A stretch of 64,000 nt of DNA from Nageia nagi (lineage: Eukaryota > Plantae > Pinophyta), in assembly GCA_050084985.1 (NCBI GenBank), contig JBITNC010000002.1:9920001-9984000 (forward strand), written 5' to 3'. This document shows, one piece after another, positions 1 through 13,860 of the stretch (positions are counted from its first letter, which is position 1; every line of letters starts with the position of its first letter). Both the position numbers and the translations under genes were made by a program. The notes under the pieces are model-generated. The model did not search any database. It was not told the origin of the DNA and worked only from the letters and a program-made list of their open reading frames with translations.

Positions 1-329
1 AGAATGTATTATAAAGGTCCTTGATAGTAAAATGATAAACACATGACATGGAAGCTACAAAAAATACTTTGTATTATTCAAAGTGTTTTCATAAGTAGAT
101 AATATTTGGATTTCATAGGAAGAAATAAAAACTTTTAACAATGATAAGTTCCAAGCATTTATTAGAGTTACTTGCAAGAGATGAGTTTTATTCAACCTAA
201 GGAGAATGATGCATCTTGCCAGTACCATAACTTTTGATCTAGGTATTTATTTGAGCTTGCTTATTTTTTGTTAGATTCAAATATGAAGATATATGGTGAG
301 GAAAATCCTACTAGTCTTAGGTAGTTATC

Positions 330-800
330 GACACTTTTTAAAGCCCTAAATCTTTACCTAGTGACCTAAAATTTGCTCTAAATGTAATTTTCAATTTTTT
401 TGGGAACTAAAAAGTTTTATTATCTTTTCTCTACATGAGGAGAATAAGGGGATATTTTGGGATAGTAATTAAAGAATAATGGATTCATGATTCTTTTTTG
501 GATTCCATTTGAGTTATATGATTACTAAGAATAGTATGTCTTCTAAATAATAAACTTACTACAAATAATAAGTAGTATGAAGGTAATATTTGGCTAGGGT
601 TTTAGGTGTTATAAGTAGTTAGTTATTGCATTGTAACAATAATGTGGATTTAGAATAAGAAAGAAAACTATTTCTAGGTTTTCTTATTTTTTTGAATATC
701 TTATTTTACTACAAAATTATCTTGGTGTCTATTGTTGGTCACTTGTAGTAAATCTACATCATTTAGTATCAAAGCAAGTGTGATCTTCCCAATGGGAAGA
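330..800 (+). mobile_element. Decayed LTR end with tRNA-iMet primer-binding site
   Basis: ..ctacatCA(761) tt TAGTATCAAAGC (764-775) equals the canonical PBS TGGTATCAGAGC with two G>A changes. The left boundary is a guess. Confidence 0.45.
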
Positions 801-2179
801 GGATGGTTAGAAGAGTGATAATAGAATTAAGGGTCTCTACCTAGATGAATAGGTAGATGAATGATCTACATGCAAAAATATCATAATTAACTAATTAGAT
901 TAATCATATGTTATGATATTACATGATATTTTATTAGATATATATTTGATATTAAGGTTACTGGGAATGAAGGATTAGATATGGATATGGTACTCTATAG
1001 AGCCAAGAGTCCATAGGAACAAAGTAGATCATATAGTTGCATGATGCATTATATGTTTGCTTATCAATTTTAACCCTTGTAATATGTGTAGGTTTTCATA
1101 ATATCAACATGGTGCACCTGTAGGAAAAAGAATGAATACAAGATTAATTCTTAAGGTAAAATTAATATTTATTTGCATGGTAAAATTTGATAATATCATG
1201 ATTATTAATTTTACTATGATTAAGAACTAAATAATCATATTATTTTTTTGATTTAATAGTTAATGGTTAATGTTGTATTTTAACATTAAATGTATTACTA
1301 TTTATTAATTTAGGAAAATTTATTATAAAATACATATGACTAAATTAATAATTTATAATTAAAATTGTTATTACTTAAATTAAAAGTAGGGAACATAAAT
1401 AAAGTAAAGAAACTTATTATTTCACTAGCTCTAAGAGAAATAAAAGAGCTTGAGTGCGTACTTATTTGATCAATATTCCTCCTCTATTGGGTAATGGTAG
1501 ATGATGGAGAGTGGACATTGGAATATTAAAAGAATCCCTCCATGATCTAGAAACTTTTTACATTTATTAATTTGTGTTAAAAATTAGTAGAGTTAGGTGT
1601 AGAATCAATGAGGAAAAAAATCCTAAAAGAGAAAAAAAAAAGGAATCCCAAGAGGATTTGGTACTAAAAGACACCCAAAATATTGAATACTATGTTAGTT
1701 CTCCTCTTTTACATGTTGATTTTAGTTGCAATCTATGAACGATGTTTGTATCATGTTTTTATCAAATTAAGGATGATCCCTTTCACATATTCATGTATGC
1801 TTATCATGAAATCACTACATACAATGGGATTTTAATTTATGTTATAATTATTTGAATAGATTTTCATTTCATTATGCATCTTGATCTAAGAATATATGAT
1901 AATTTTCTATTCCATGAGATGGTACATCTCTATTGCATTTGGTAATTTGAGTATAGCTTATAATCATTAAATTTTATGAGATGGTGTATCTATATTTAAT
2001 TTATTAGTATTATACAACTTCCTACATGATCATAATTTTATCATTCCTAAATACAAGGTACTCACAACCACATTAATAAAGTTTCTATTTAAAGAGTCCT
2101 TGATGTATGTATAAACTGAATAAAATTACTAAATTTTTATTATGCTAGAAAAGAAATAATTCTTTATTATCAAATTCCA

Positions 2180-2760
2180 CATCATACAACATAAGTATGC
2201 TATTTGGAATATATATTATTTCCTTAATTACACTTGACAATTTATTCAATCTTCCATGGATATCTCATGTTTGTAGGTGCAATCTCTCTCCTACAAGAAA
2301 AACATATATACTTTTGTCAAAAAGTTTGCATGCCTTCTCTATGCTTTTAATTTTTACATAAACATATACCATAACAATTTTACAATTACTTACAGATGAA
2401 AACCACTTCTTATTATTTTCCAATGAATGCCAGCACTCTCTACGAGTATCCTCTATATATTTAAAAACCTAGCTTCTATATTTATAAGAGAAAATAACAC
2501 AATGACATATAAGTGGAAACTAATTTTATCTATTCTAAAAATAGTGTATTGTAGTAAGATAAATATATATTTTTTCTTCAATTTCAATTTGGATAGAGTT
2601 GTATGAGAGTAATTTTCATATTATTACTAAAACAATTTATGGATAACTAATGAGATTGTATAATTATAAAAATTCAACTAAAAACATTTTACAATCCATG
2701 AAACTGTGTTTGCCTCATGCATCTTATCAAACATTTCATGTGAGGCTATAGGAACTCTTT
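2180..2760 (-). pseudogene. Scrambled PLS-class PPR / E+ domain fragments
   Basis: Minus strand reads HEMFDKMHEANTVSWI (~2745-2695), GIHWKIIRSGF (~2435-2400), SIEKACKLFDK (~2345-2312) and FLVGERLHLQT*DIHGRLNKLS (~2305-2235). Confidence 0.65.
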
Positions 2761-4409
2761 TCATAGTACTTTTATATATTTTTTCTATTATGTGATAACT
2801 TTATTCTTTGTTATATAATCTATGTGATTTAAATCATGGATAAAAATAAAACATATCTCTAGTATAAACTACACTTTAGCTTTAAAGAAATTACATAATT
2901 ACCTAGTAATATATATGGATTATTAGAAATATAAACCCAATATAACCATCCACATCACTTCTCCTTTCATGATAAACCTTATTATTTGAAGTTGGTAAAA
3001 CCAATTCGTTTAAGAAAAAAAAAAGATAATTATTCTCAGGAAGACAAATTCTACTCTGAAAGGAAATCATAACTATTGTATTCATTTTATCGCTTAATTT
3101 TATCTTGAATTATTTTTATACTATTTGCCTCTTTGGATATGACATATGATAATTGGAATTTCATTGCTTCATATGTCCATCATAGGTCTAGAAAATGCTT
3201 CAAACTCCTTATGATTGTTGAACATTTATTAATATGTAGGTTATTTGCTCTCATTGCAAATGAATATGCTTTGGAATCTAGATGACCTAAATAATATTTT
3301 AACTTTAAGTTATTATTATCATATTTAAATATGATATTTTTATTTAAATACAAAAAAACTCCATTGTTGTTGCATACAATATTTGTATTATTTTATTTAT
3401 TTTTAAATAAAAAGTACTATTAATATTGAAAATATAGACTTTAAAAAGGTGAAAAATTTTAACATTTTGGATGTATTAAGACGTAATAACAATTTATTAT
3501 TTAATAAAAATTGAATAATAAATTATAATCAAAAGAAAAAATAATATTCATGTTAAATGTATTATGCAATTATAGAAGCATATTCAATTACCCTAGCTCA
3601 TGAGGTTTTCATATGAATAAATAATTAGTACTTCAAGGATTTAAATATAATAGAAATACTTTGAAAAATTATTTTTCAAACCATAGGGAATACAAGAAAG
3701 TATTAATATTATTGTTACAAATGATGATTGTTAGGATATGAAAATGGACATTATCCATAAATAAATAACACAACCTTAATATTAAAAAAGGGTAGAGTTT
3801 ACAAGGTTAACATGTTCTAATGAAAAGAGTATACCAAAAGCTTGAGTAAATAAATTTTGAAGTTATTTTTTGAAGAAATATATGAAAATTAAAAATTTAA
3901 TAGGAGTTGTTGATTTTTATGATATATTATCTAATCATGTTTTGAGTTATGCTTGATAATTTTATTATTTTATTTGATAACCTCCTAGGTTAAGGAAGCA
4001 GGGATCATTTTAGCCATGAATATTTACTTATAAGTGAATTTTAGGAATTGTAAAATTAGAAAATGGAAAAAAATTTAGTTTAGATTTGAAATTGAGTTGC
4101 CAAAAGTTTTTTTTTTTGGACCTAGGTTGCCAAGTTTAAAATAAATTTTAAATTAAATTTTTATTAATTCACCAAAATTTTGAAATAATAACTAACCAAC
4201 TTCACCTTGAAATTACAAATTATTATTTATCTTTTTTATTAAATCACCCCATATAAATACATAAATTTAAAATATATATTTGATATATCCATATTTGTGC
4301 AAGCATGTAAACAAAGCCTACGAAATCTAAAAGGAGTTGCAAATCTACGATAATAGGTAAGATCATATTTTGAATTGTATTATGTTTCATCATTTGAAAT
4401 TCAAATCTA

Positions 4410-5160
4410 CCATCGAATGGTAGCAATCTAGCATATGTATCTAAACAAACCATGATGCTTTCGAATAGTGGCATATGCTTCCACATGATGTCATGTGCTT
4501 TCATATGGTAGCAAACTACCAAATGGTTGTAGATTGCTACCGAACGGTTGCAAGTTGCTACCTTAAGGTTGCAATTTGCTATAAAATGGTAGCAAATTGC
4601 AATTGATTGCAGATTGCTATTGAACAGTTGCAAGTTGCTACCTTAAGGTTGTAGTTTTCTATCGAATGGTTGTAAGTTGCTACCTTACGATTATAATTTG
4701 CTACCCTTCGATAGCAACCTACTACCAGATGATTGTAGATTGCTACCATTTGGTAGCAACCTAATACCTAACCTTGTTACCAATTGGTGATAATATGCTA
4801 TCATTTAGTAGAAAAACATTCTACTATTTGGTAGAGGTAGCAAACTACTACCAAACGGTAGTAGGTTACCACCAAATGGTAGCAACTTGTTACTAGATGG
4901 TTGGAGTTTGCTACCATTAAGTGGAAACCTACTACCATTTGGTAGTAAAACCTATTACCATTTGGTAGCAACCATTCCTGCTAGATGGTTATAGTTCTAC
5001 TACCATTCAGTGGCAACCTACTACCATTTGATGGAAACCTACTACTGTTCAATACTTGCTACCTGCTTCTACCATGTGGTTGCATTATTTGTAAACTTGA
5101 TCAAGAAGTAGAAAAAAATCCAATTGCACAATAGCAGCTCTTACTGGATGGTAGCTAATT
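4410..5160. repeat. Left subterminal array of the hAT element (TTGCTACCAnnTGGTAGCAA quasi-palindromes)
   Basis: Dozens of gctacc/ctacca/ggtagc motifs in both orientations, e.g. ttgctaccatttggtagcaa at ~4740. Confidence 0.85.
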
Positions 5161-5235
5161 ATTCAACATGTTTATATTTTTATCTATTTGCGATTGTATT
5201 AAATTTTTTTTAATCAATTGTTAATTATATATTCT

Positions 5236-7960
5236 ATGGACTCCAAGAATAGTAGTAAAGGGGGATGAAAAAAAGATATATTATCTTATTTTGCTAATAT
5301 AAAGTCACAAAATGAAGGAACTCATCAAGCATCTTCAATTGATATAGGTACTTTTCTTAGGTGTTATTTTTAATGTAAGGCTTGAAAGTCTAAATTTATT
5401 AATTTCAATATATGGAAATATATTGTGATTATAATGATATACCACCTAATAATAATCATGTTTCACCTAATTTTGGTCCAATTAATAATAATGATAATTT
5501 TTAATTTCAATATGCAGAAAACCCCAATAATCATGTACCACCTAATTTTTCTCCAATTGATGTACAACCACTTTTAGTTGAGTACCCTACAAATGGACCA
5601 CCTTTACATGATGATAATCCTCCTAACCCATCTATAGATAAAAGTTCACAAAAATGTATGGATAAAACTATAGACAAATCTACAAAAAATAATAGTAGGA
5701 AATTGAAAAGAAAACATGGTACAAAATGGACAATTGGAAGAGTTTTTAGGTTGATTGGGAAGAAAATATCTATTCATATAACCAATTGATCTTAGTGATG
5801 TAAATGATCCAACAAAGTGCAAATGTAAAATATATTTTTGGGCAACAAAAAGAGAACATCCAATGCAACTGAAAATAGATACAATACAAAAAAATTATGG
5901 TAAATTATATTACAACAAAATAGATGAGAATGGATAGACAATTAAGTGTTGCAAGGATAAAATTAAAAATGAGTATAATCACTTACGATATAAAGTAGAA
6001 TATGATAGGTACATGAAAGAAAAACAAGATCTACAAGATAAAGGTGGAACACTAGAAACACATTTTGAAAAAAAATTACTGATGTAAAAAGGTTAACAAA
6101 ATTTACATAATTCTGTACTATGTTTTATATTCTTAAATAGGGTAGGCCTATTGCAAATTTTATGAATTTTAAAAGTTTATTTCAAAGAGTAGGATTACAA
6201 AATGTACCATAAAAATATTGGTCAAAGATAAGTGCTTGGGAAATAGAAAAATATTTGTTGATGTTTGAGATTGAAAATTTAAAAAACAAAGTGAAAAAAA
6301 CACAATTTATTTCATTATGAATTGATGAAGTTACAATGGTGGATAATACTTCATGGTTTTGTATGCATGTATACACTTTTCATAATAATTGTAGGACACC
6401 ATATATATTGAATGTTCATAAAATGGATGGAAATTGTAATGCAAAAAATCTTTACAAGTTAGTTATTTCTAACTAAAAAGATTTGGTTGGAATAGATGAT
6501 TATGAAATTCCTACAAAATTGATATGTGTTGAAGCATATGGTGCATCAATAATGAAAGATAATTGAAATTATCTTCATGTTAGATTACAAGATATACTAG
6601 CTCCTTATATGATTCCTATTCATTGTATGGCACATAGAATGAACCTTGCATATAGAATTGTCAGCACTTTCATAAGCATATCAAAAGTGGAAGAGCTTAT
6701 TTGTGATTTGCATGCATATATTGCAAGAAGCCCAAAAAGATATAGAGAGTTCAAAAATTTATTTGTTGGAATAACTGATAGAAATAAGCTTTTAAAATAT
6801 AATGATACAAGATGGATTTCATTGTATGAACTAGCAAAAAGAGTTTTGATTGAATATCCATCTTTAGTTGGTTATATGTATGAACACTGTAATACGATTG
6901 ATAAAGAAAAAGATTTACTATTTCATTTAATAGATTTTTAAATATTGCTAACTTTATGTAGAATTCTTCCAATGTTACAAGAAATCAATACTTTAATGAA
7001 ACATGCTCAAGAAAGATCTATATACATATCTGATTTCATGTATTTGAGAAAAAGGGTATCTTTATCTTTGGATATGCTTTATATAGGTGCAAAAAAATTT
7101 AAACATCCTTTATTTCAAAGATGGAAAACTTTGAAAAATGTTAATCATCCAAACATTTTTTTGAAATTTAACATCAATGATCATATTTGTATAGAGCTGA
7201 AAGAAAAATTGATACTGTTACATGTTTAAAATATTAGAAGGGATTTGGTTGGAGAAGAATATGAAGATGAACCTGTAATTCATCTTCTTTTTTATAATTG
7301 TATTTATGAAACACGTGTTAATTTGAAAAATATTTGTACAATCTTAACTAAAGAAATCTGTGAATGATTTCAAAGATATGATTTACTTGAATCTATGGTA
7401 GTTGTGAATCCCAAATTTTGGAATACATATAATGGTGAATAGTTAATTTGTGATTTGTTTCGCAAATACATGGTAAATCTTGGAACATATTTTGGTAAAA
7501 TTGTAGAAATAAATCAAAAAAACATTAATGGTATTTTAAATAAAGATTTGTTGACAACATAAGCCAACCATTAAATGTCTTTGGGTGAAACTTTATCCAA
7601 ATTCTTATCTCCAAGGTAATATTAGTGGGTATTTTAGATTATATGAATTATGTCAAATAATGATTTTGGGTTCTATTGAAGATGAAAGGGTATTCAGTGC
7701 TTTATCTTTTATTAAATTCAAGCTTTGAAATAAATTGGACAAAAATTTGGATATATGTATTAGATTATATGTTTCTTCTATTGCTCTAGATTCTTTTCTG
7801 ATATAAAGGGTAGTGAATCTTTGGTTTTTTGCTGCACAAAGGAGAGGTGCAAATAATTGTGAAGAAAATGCTCCAATAGAAAAGTACACATCAATAATTA
7901 AAAATATCATAACAAAAAAAGTTATCAAAGGGTTTGAATTTGAAATACCTAAATAAAACA
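5236..7960 (+). pseudogene. hAT transposase relic (ZNF862-like: zinc finger, DDE core, hATC dimerisation domain)
   Basis: Translated fragments: CKCKI zinc-finger remnant (~5820); ISL*IDEVTMVDN (~6310-6350, first catalytic D); decayed DGAS motif (~6530); IHCMAHRMNL (CxxH) and DTRWISL in ORF 6609-6941; GSIEDERVFSALSFIK (~7670-7720). Many stops and frameshifts. Confidence 0.9.
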
Positions 7961-8204
7961 TTGTTGAAGGGTTTAAATTTCAAACACTTATAGTTTTGGA
8001 TCTTATATTCTAAAATTTGCTTTACTATTCAAATTAGTTTCATGTTATTGTTGGCTTATATTTTCAATAAGCATATTTTTTTTCTGTGTATGTTATTTTT
8101 TACTTATAAATTCAGTTACTATATTTGTATTTTTTGTCCAAAATATTTCTTGCTTGTTATTATTTCCAAATCAAAATAAATTTGAATAACTATATAAATT
8201 TTAA

Positions 8205-8720
8205 CAAATATAACATTCAACCATAACATTTCAAAGAATCAAATATAACATAACCATAACATTTCTAATAGAATAATAAAACCATAACATTTTAAATATA
8301 AAATAAACATAACATTTCAAATATAACCAATAAATATAACCATAACATTTCAAAAAATATATAATCATATAACATTTCAAATAAGTATAACCATAAAATT
8401 CAAGTACAACATAAATTTGAAATAGAAGATAACCATCACATAAATTTCAAAGATAATCAAACATAAGCATATAAACTATCAATGTAGTCTAAACCAAACT
8501 AGTCTTAACAATAACATAACCTTATAATAGTTCAAATAAGCATAACCATAAAAATCAACTACAAAATTCAATTACAACATAAATTTGAAATATAAAACAT
8601 AGTATAACCATCAAAGTATTCTAAATCAAACATAATAATAAAAACTATAAATGTATTCTAAACCAAAGTAATCTTAACAATAATCATAGAAGCCATCAAA
8701 GTAGTTCAATAGAAACCATA
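8205..8720. repeat. Degenerate AACCATAACATTTCAA tandem array between the 3' ends of the two hAT genes
   Basis: Repeated ataaccataacatttcaa / aacataaatttgaaata units. A longer unit (aaactat..aatgta.tctaaaccaaa.ta.tcttaacaataa) occurs twice (~8475, ~8643). Confidence 0.7.
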
Positions 8721-8749
8721 AAAGTACTAAAAAGTGTCAAATCAAACAA

Positions 8750-11620
8750 AGATCACTTCCCCCCTTATCCTCCTCCAGAACCCTTTGGCTCATCTAAAAG
8801 CCCAATAAGATTAGCAACTTTGGTAAGATTGCATAATATATAATTGTCTGAGGTAGATACATTGTCTTATGAAAGCAAACTCGGATCTACATCAATTATC
8901 TCTTTCCATAAAATGTCTAGATCGAGTTGATGCTCTTTAATTATCATTATATAAGCTTTATTCATTTTCTTCAATTGGGCCATTTCATCCTTAATTTGAA
9001 TGAATGTTGTAATACTTTTTTTTGTAGTTTTCAAATGAATTTTAAACATTTAAACATCTTTTAACAATTTATCATACCTAGCCTGCAATCAAATAACAAT
9101 ATAAAAATCATAAACATGAATATAAATATATTTTTCAAAACATAAATATAACATATGTAAACATTGAAATTAAGAAATAAAATTGTTACCTCAGCTTGTT
9201 CCTTTTGCGCTTTCACAATCTCTACCAAATTTTTATCTCTTGACCAAAGATCATAGTAAGCTTTGGCCTTTGCATTTAAATTTTCTAAATGGTTACACAT
9301 AATACCCATTGTGTTATCATTATTTTCACATTGAACATTGATTGAACCTACTTATGATTCTTCAAACTTTCTATTTTAGCTATTCATTCTCAACCAATGT
9401 GTACAAAGAATCATGTTGAGAATGATTATGATAACAGGTATTAATTTCCTTTATCAATGCTTTGGCCTATACTTCCTATGTCTTTAAAGTATTGATGTTA
9501 TCTAGGATAACATCATTTATCTATTCAAATGTATCATCTACAACAAGTGCATTCAAGGGAAAGTAGATGAGTTCATCATCCATTTTACCAACAGTGTCCT
9601 CCACATTTTGTGAAGGTGCTATAGTACTTATCTGTTGCAAATGAGAAACATGAACTTGAATCTAAATGATATCATGGGTGCTCAATGGTGGATTTGAACT
9701 AGTATCCATCCCTAAATAATTCACATCCAAATAGATGTTTCATAAATTAAAAATACCAACACTATGTACATCATCCAAATGTAGATCAAGAAAATAAGAA
9801 ATTCTTGATAATTTCACCATACTGTAGCTCATGGAAAGAGCATCCTATTGTAAATTCAAGCATTTTCCTACTCTTATTATGGTTACTGGATGTGCAACAA
9901 GAGGAGGAGGCATAGGTGATAATGACTTCTACTTTTGAGAACTAGATTTGCCACATATATCAAAAAAAAAATATTATGAAATATGAATTTGTTTCTATGG
10001 AAAAAAAAGTTATGATAAAAATAAAATCCAAAACTAGATACCTAAAGGAGGTGTAATGGAAGGAGTTTGAAATGGTTTATTAGGTGAATCCACCATATCT
10101 TAACTATGATGATTGGAATAGAAATTGAATTAAAAGTTGAAAAGATTTAGCATCTATTTATAAACTATTTTGTTTTGTACATTGAAAGAATGATACCACA
10201 TGAAATTAAGATGCAACCAAATGGTTACAAGTGCTATCAAGCAACTGTGCGATAGTAGAATGCTACTGTGCAGTTGCATCCTGCTACTTGCAATTGCATC
10301 TTGCTATATTATGATTGCAATGTTGAATAAAAAAATAAAAATAACAAATTTACTATATTACCTCCTTGTGTTGCATTTTCATTGAAAGGAATTTCTTATT
10401 CAAATATAAAATTTGAATACCTATCAAGAAATCTTGTCTTAGGAATAGCAACATTTCCTTTTACTACAACCATAACAATTTGTGAAAAAGTTAAGATAAT
10501 ATAAATAATATAATAAAATATTGTTAATTAAAATGTAAAATACTTATATTCATTGAACATTCACCGATGATAGGAGGTGAAACATTCCTTGTTCTCCTTG
10601 TAGAGGATAGTATTAACATTAATGGACTTGAAGTGTCCATAGACTCATTGTCACCACTACCTTCTATATGAACTCCTCTTAGTGTTGCTTCCTATTTCTT
10701 TAATGTTTGTTTTGAAAGATGTTGAAAAAACATAATTTGATTAATGTTAGTAAAATTTTAAACATTAAAATATGTTAACTTAAAATGAGAAATAAATTTG
10801 ATTTATAAATACATGGATTTTCTCAATTGGTAAAGTTAGAGCTATCATTTGTGAATCCAATGTTGTTGGAATTGGAGCTATATTGATAACATTATGGAAA
10901 GCTTCATAATAGAGCTAAAATGTAATTTGTGCATGATATAAAACTACCATCATTTTGAATGGAAAAAGACACATAATATTTAATTTTGTCTGAAATATAT
11001 GTACACCAATCAAATTTTTGACCACTCAATGAACAGAGAATGTAAACTATAGGCCATAATGGAATGTTGGATGTTCTACCTTGAAAAACAATTCTCAACT
11101 AAAAAAATTCATAGATTGCTTTGAAGTAGTCATGGGGGAAGTTTTTTTAAACTATTCCTCTTTTGTTTCGATATTATGCATAAAAAAAAAAAGATGATGC
11201 TTAATCAATTAACTTTTAGTTATAGATTAATAGATAAAATTATCTAAAATGAAGTTTAAAGAACAACTTACCAACATTATCAATTTGAATGTGGTAAGTT
11301 TCCTATAAATACAATTTTTCCTCTCTAGACAATAGAACTTTAGAGGTAACAGGCATACATCATCACCATGATGTGGTAAACCAATCAAATGACTAATATC
11401 TACAATTGAAACTCCAAAGGAAAAGCTTCTTGATTTCATAACCACATAAAATCTTGCTTTCTTTATATCACAAATGAGCATAAGATAGTCCAATAAATTT
11501 GAATCTATTTCAAATTATGGCATAAAAAAGCCTTTTAAACCTTACTTGGTCCACCCATTCTGAGTAACATTGTAGGGTAAAATAAGATAAAATACCAAGG
11601 CATGATATATTCCTATAAGA
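8750..11620 (-). pseudogene. Second gene of the hAT element: multi-exon, PMD (plant mobile domain)-like N-terminus, coiled-coil C-terminus
   Basis: Minus-strand translation ...RFKRLFYAII*IDSNLLDYLMLICDIKKARFYV..SFGVSIVDISHLIGLPHHGDDV (11540-11350) resembles the PMD pattern ID..L..L...W.....F....(T)I.LEDV..LLGLP..G. FDWCTYI (~11010) resembles the later W motif. A GT-AG intron at 9189..9083 joins ORFs 9061-9309 and 8867-9049 in frame (..KEQAE|ARYDKLLKDV*MFKIH..). Confidence 0.6.
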
Positions 11621-11959
11621 AAGTCAATGATTGGTGGATGATGAAGGGTGGGACATGGTTTTATAAAAGTAAAATTTGTGATTGAGGTAAAATATTGCAA
11701 AAAAAACAACAAAAATGATAACTATGAATGGTTAGAATTATCTAAAACAACTAATAAAATTTTACTTTATGAAAAAGAAGAGCACATGGCACCTTGATTT
11801 GGAAGGAAAAGAGAGCTTTGGATAGGTAGAGAAAATGACAAAATGAAGAAAATGAGTCATCTAATGTGCATATATGGGTAATTCATATGTGGCACCATGA
11901 ATTGGAAGTTGACACGTGGAGCATTCAATAGCATTTTATGGGATTGTTGTTGGTGAGGG

Positions 11960-12200
11960 TTTGCTACCAATGGGAGCTATATGAGGTGGCATCTGCTACC
12001 ATGTGGTAGTAAGATGCTATCATGAGGTAGCAAGATGTTGTGGTACAGTAGCAAATTGCTACCATGTGGTAGTAAAAACTTGGTTGCTACTGCTCGATGG
12101 TATTTTGCTACCATGCGGTAGCAGAAGCTAGCTTGTTATTGACCAATGGTAGTTTGCTACCGTGGGGTAGTAGAAGCTAGCTTGCTACTGCTCAATAGTA
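11960..12200. repeat. Right subterminal array of the hAT element
   Basis: Repeated tgctaccatgtggtag-type units, same motif as 4410-5160. Confidence 0.85.
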
Positions 12201-13489
12201 GTCTATTTTGTATTTGGTCTTACCAAAAAAATATACTTTTTTTTAGAAAATTCAAATTTGCCTTAGTGTTTTTGAATTTTTAATTTAAAATCATCCTTGT
12301 TACATATCTAATTAGCCTTTAATTTTCCAAGTAAGTTTTAAAAAAGGGCTCTTAAAATAATCCCTATAATTAAGGAATACTAAGTAAAGGTATTTAAGAT
12401 ACTAATCATGATATTTTCAAATTAATTTGAGATTGATTCTTTCTTGGATTGAAATGTTATATGAATTATTAAGAATTATATATTAAAATTATTGTGAGAA
12501 TATCTTAGGTCAATGAAGAAATATTTGGATGTTAAATAATCATAAGTTTTATTAAAGTAAGATTAGTATATTTTCTTTAAAATAGTATTGCATATTAAAA
12601 TATATTAAGTATATTGTGAACAAGATAGACCTCCTAGGTCAAGGAGGGAATATCTTGTTGAAAGATACTTAAAGGATTTATTAAAGAAATATTTATTTAT
12701 GCTTTTTTGATGTATAAATCATATAGTTCCATTCATGAAAAAGATACGTATTAAAATCCATTTGAATCCACAATCCTTTAAGTGCTAGAAGGGTAAGTGA
12801 AAGAGGATGGGTCCACTTTGTGGCCAAAAAATGGAAGATTTTTCTTTGATTTTTCATTTGGTCACAATTAATCTCAAAATTTAAACTATTTGGAGATGGA
12901 ATATTGAAAAGGTCACTTTGATAAAAATGTAGTGGTAGTGCTCCAAGTCTAGTTTTCAAATATATAATTTATTTCAATACCCATATGATAGAAATTAAAT
13001 TTTGATAAGCATTTATTATTTCAAGAAAATACTAATAATTGTTAGGCCCACATAATTTGACCTAAATTAAAGTATTTTTTAAGATCCTTTTGCAAAAATA
13101 TAGTTAAGATATGGAATAATGTTGAGAATACTTTTTCATAAGTTTTTGAAGAAATTTTTTACTAATTTTTCATTTGCCCTAATTATGTTTTTTAATAGTG
13201 CTTTTGTTAGGTTAGCATAACTTGACCTAAACGTATCCTTTTTTAGAATTTTTTATTTATTTAGTACAAAATTATGTGTATAATGTTTCCATGTAGTGTT
13301 TTTCATAATTCTAAAAAAAAAAGGTTATTAAAAAAAATAAGACAACCTACTTTTACAAGTTTATGGACAAGTTTGATTGAAAATTAATTGAAAAATAGAA
13401 AATATAATCCAATTACCATTGATAAGAACTTGCATGTGCATGTTCAAGACCGAGGATTGACTCACCATCCTCTCCCAATCCAAAATACA

Positions 13490-13860
13490 AGGAAACCCCC
13501 AAGGGAAGTAAATTTTAAATTTGGAAGGAGATCCCATTATAAAATATGATGCAAATGGGATCCCGTCATATATTTGGATCCCATTATTTAAAGTATAGTG
13601 GATCTATGTGAAAAGGAATGGGATCCCATTTTGCATTAATTTATTATTTTTCAAAACAAGAAAATGGGATCCCATTTTGTAAAATAAGATCTCATTTTGT
13701 TTGAGTTTCAAAACTGTATATCAAGATCTCATTTTCATTTTGGCTCAAGAACCCAAAACAAAATAGGATCACAATTTTTACAATATGTAATCCCATTCTA
13801 TCTAAAAAAAATGAGTCTACCCATGTCCACTTTTAGTGGACCCAACTTCTTGCATGCAAC
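13490..13860. repeat. Cluster of GGGATCCC-centred palindromes (probably TE-internal or MITE-like)
   Basis: Perfect AAAATGGGATCCCATTTT at 13661-13678 plus about 8 degenerate copies (13530, 13555, 13576, 13618, 13686, 13725, 13763). Confidence 0.7.

Larger units (their letters stand above)
3999..12366 (+). mobile_element. hAT-superfamily DNA transposon, ~8.4 kb, degraded, two convergent genes
   Basis: Imperfect TIRs: CAGGGATCATTTTAG (3999-4013) and reverse complement of 12351-12366 (TAGGGATTATTTTAAG). Dense GCTACC/GGTAGC subterminal arrays at both ends. ttaaggaa occurs on both flanks (candidate 8-bp TSD, a few nt out of register on the right). Internal hAT transposase relic. Confidence 0.8.

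Noticed and set aside
4244-4633. 129-aa ORF at the left end of the hAT element
   Set aside because: Open only because it crosses the subterminal repeat array.
12286-12299. Alternative right TIR (taaaatcatccttg)
   Set aside because: It matches the left TIR about as well but has no TSD-like flank. 12351-12366 was preferred, and the right end remains uncertain by ~70 bp.
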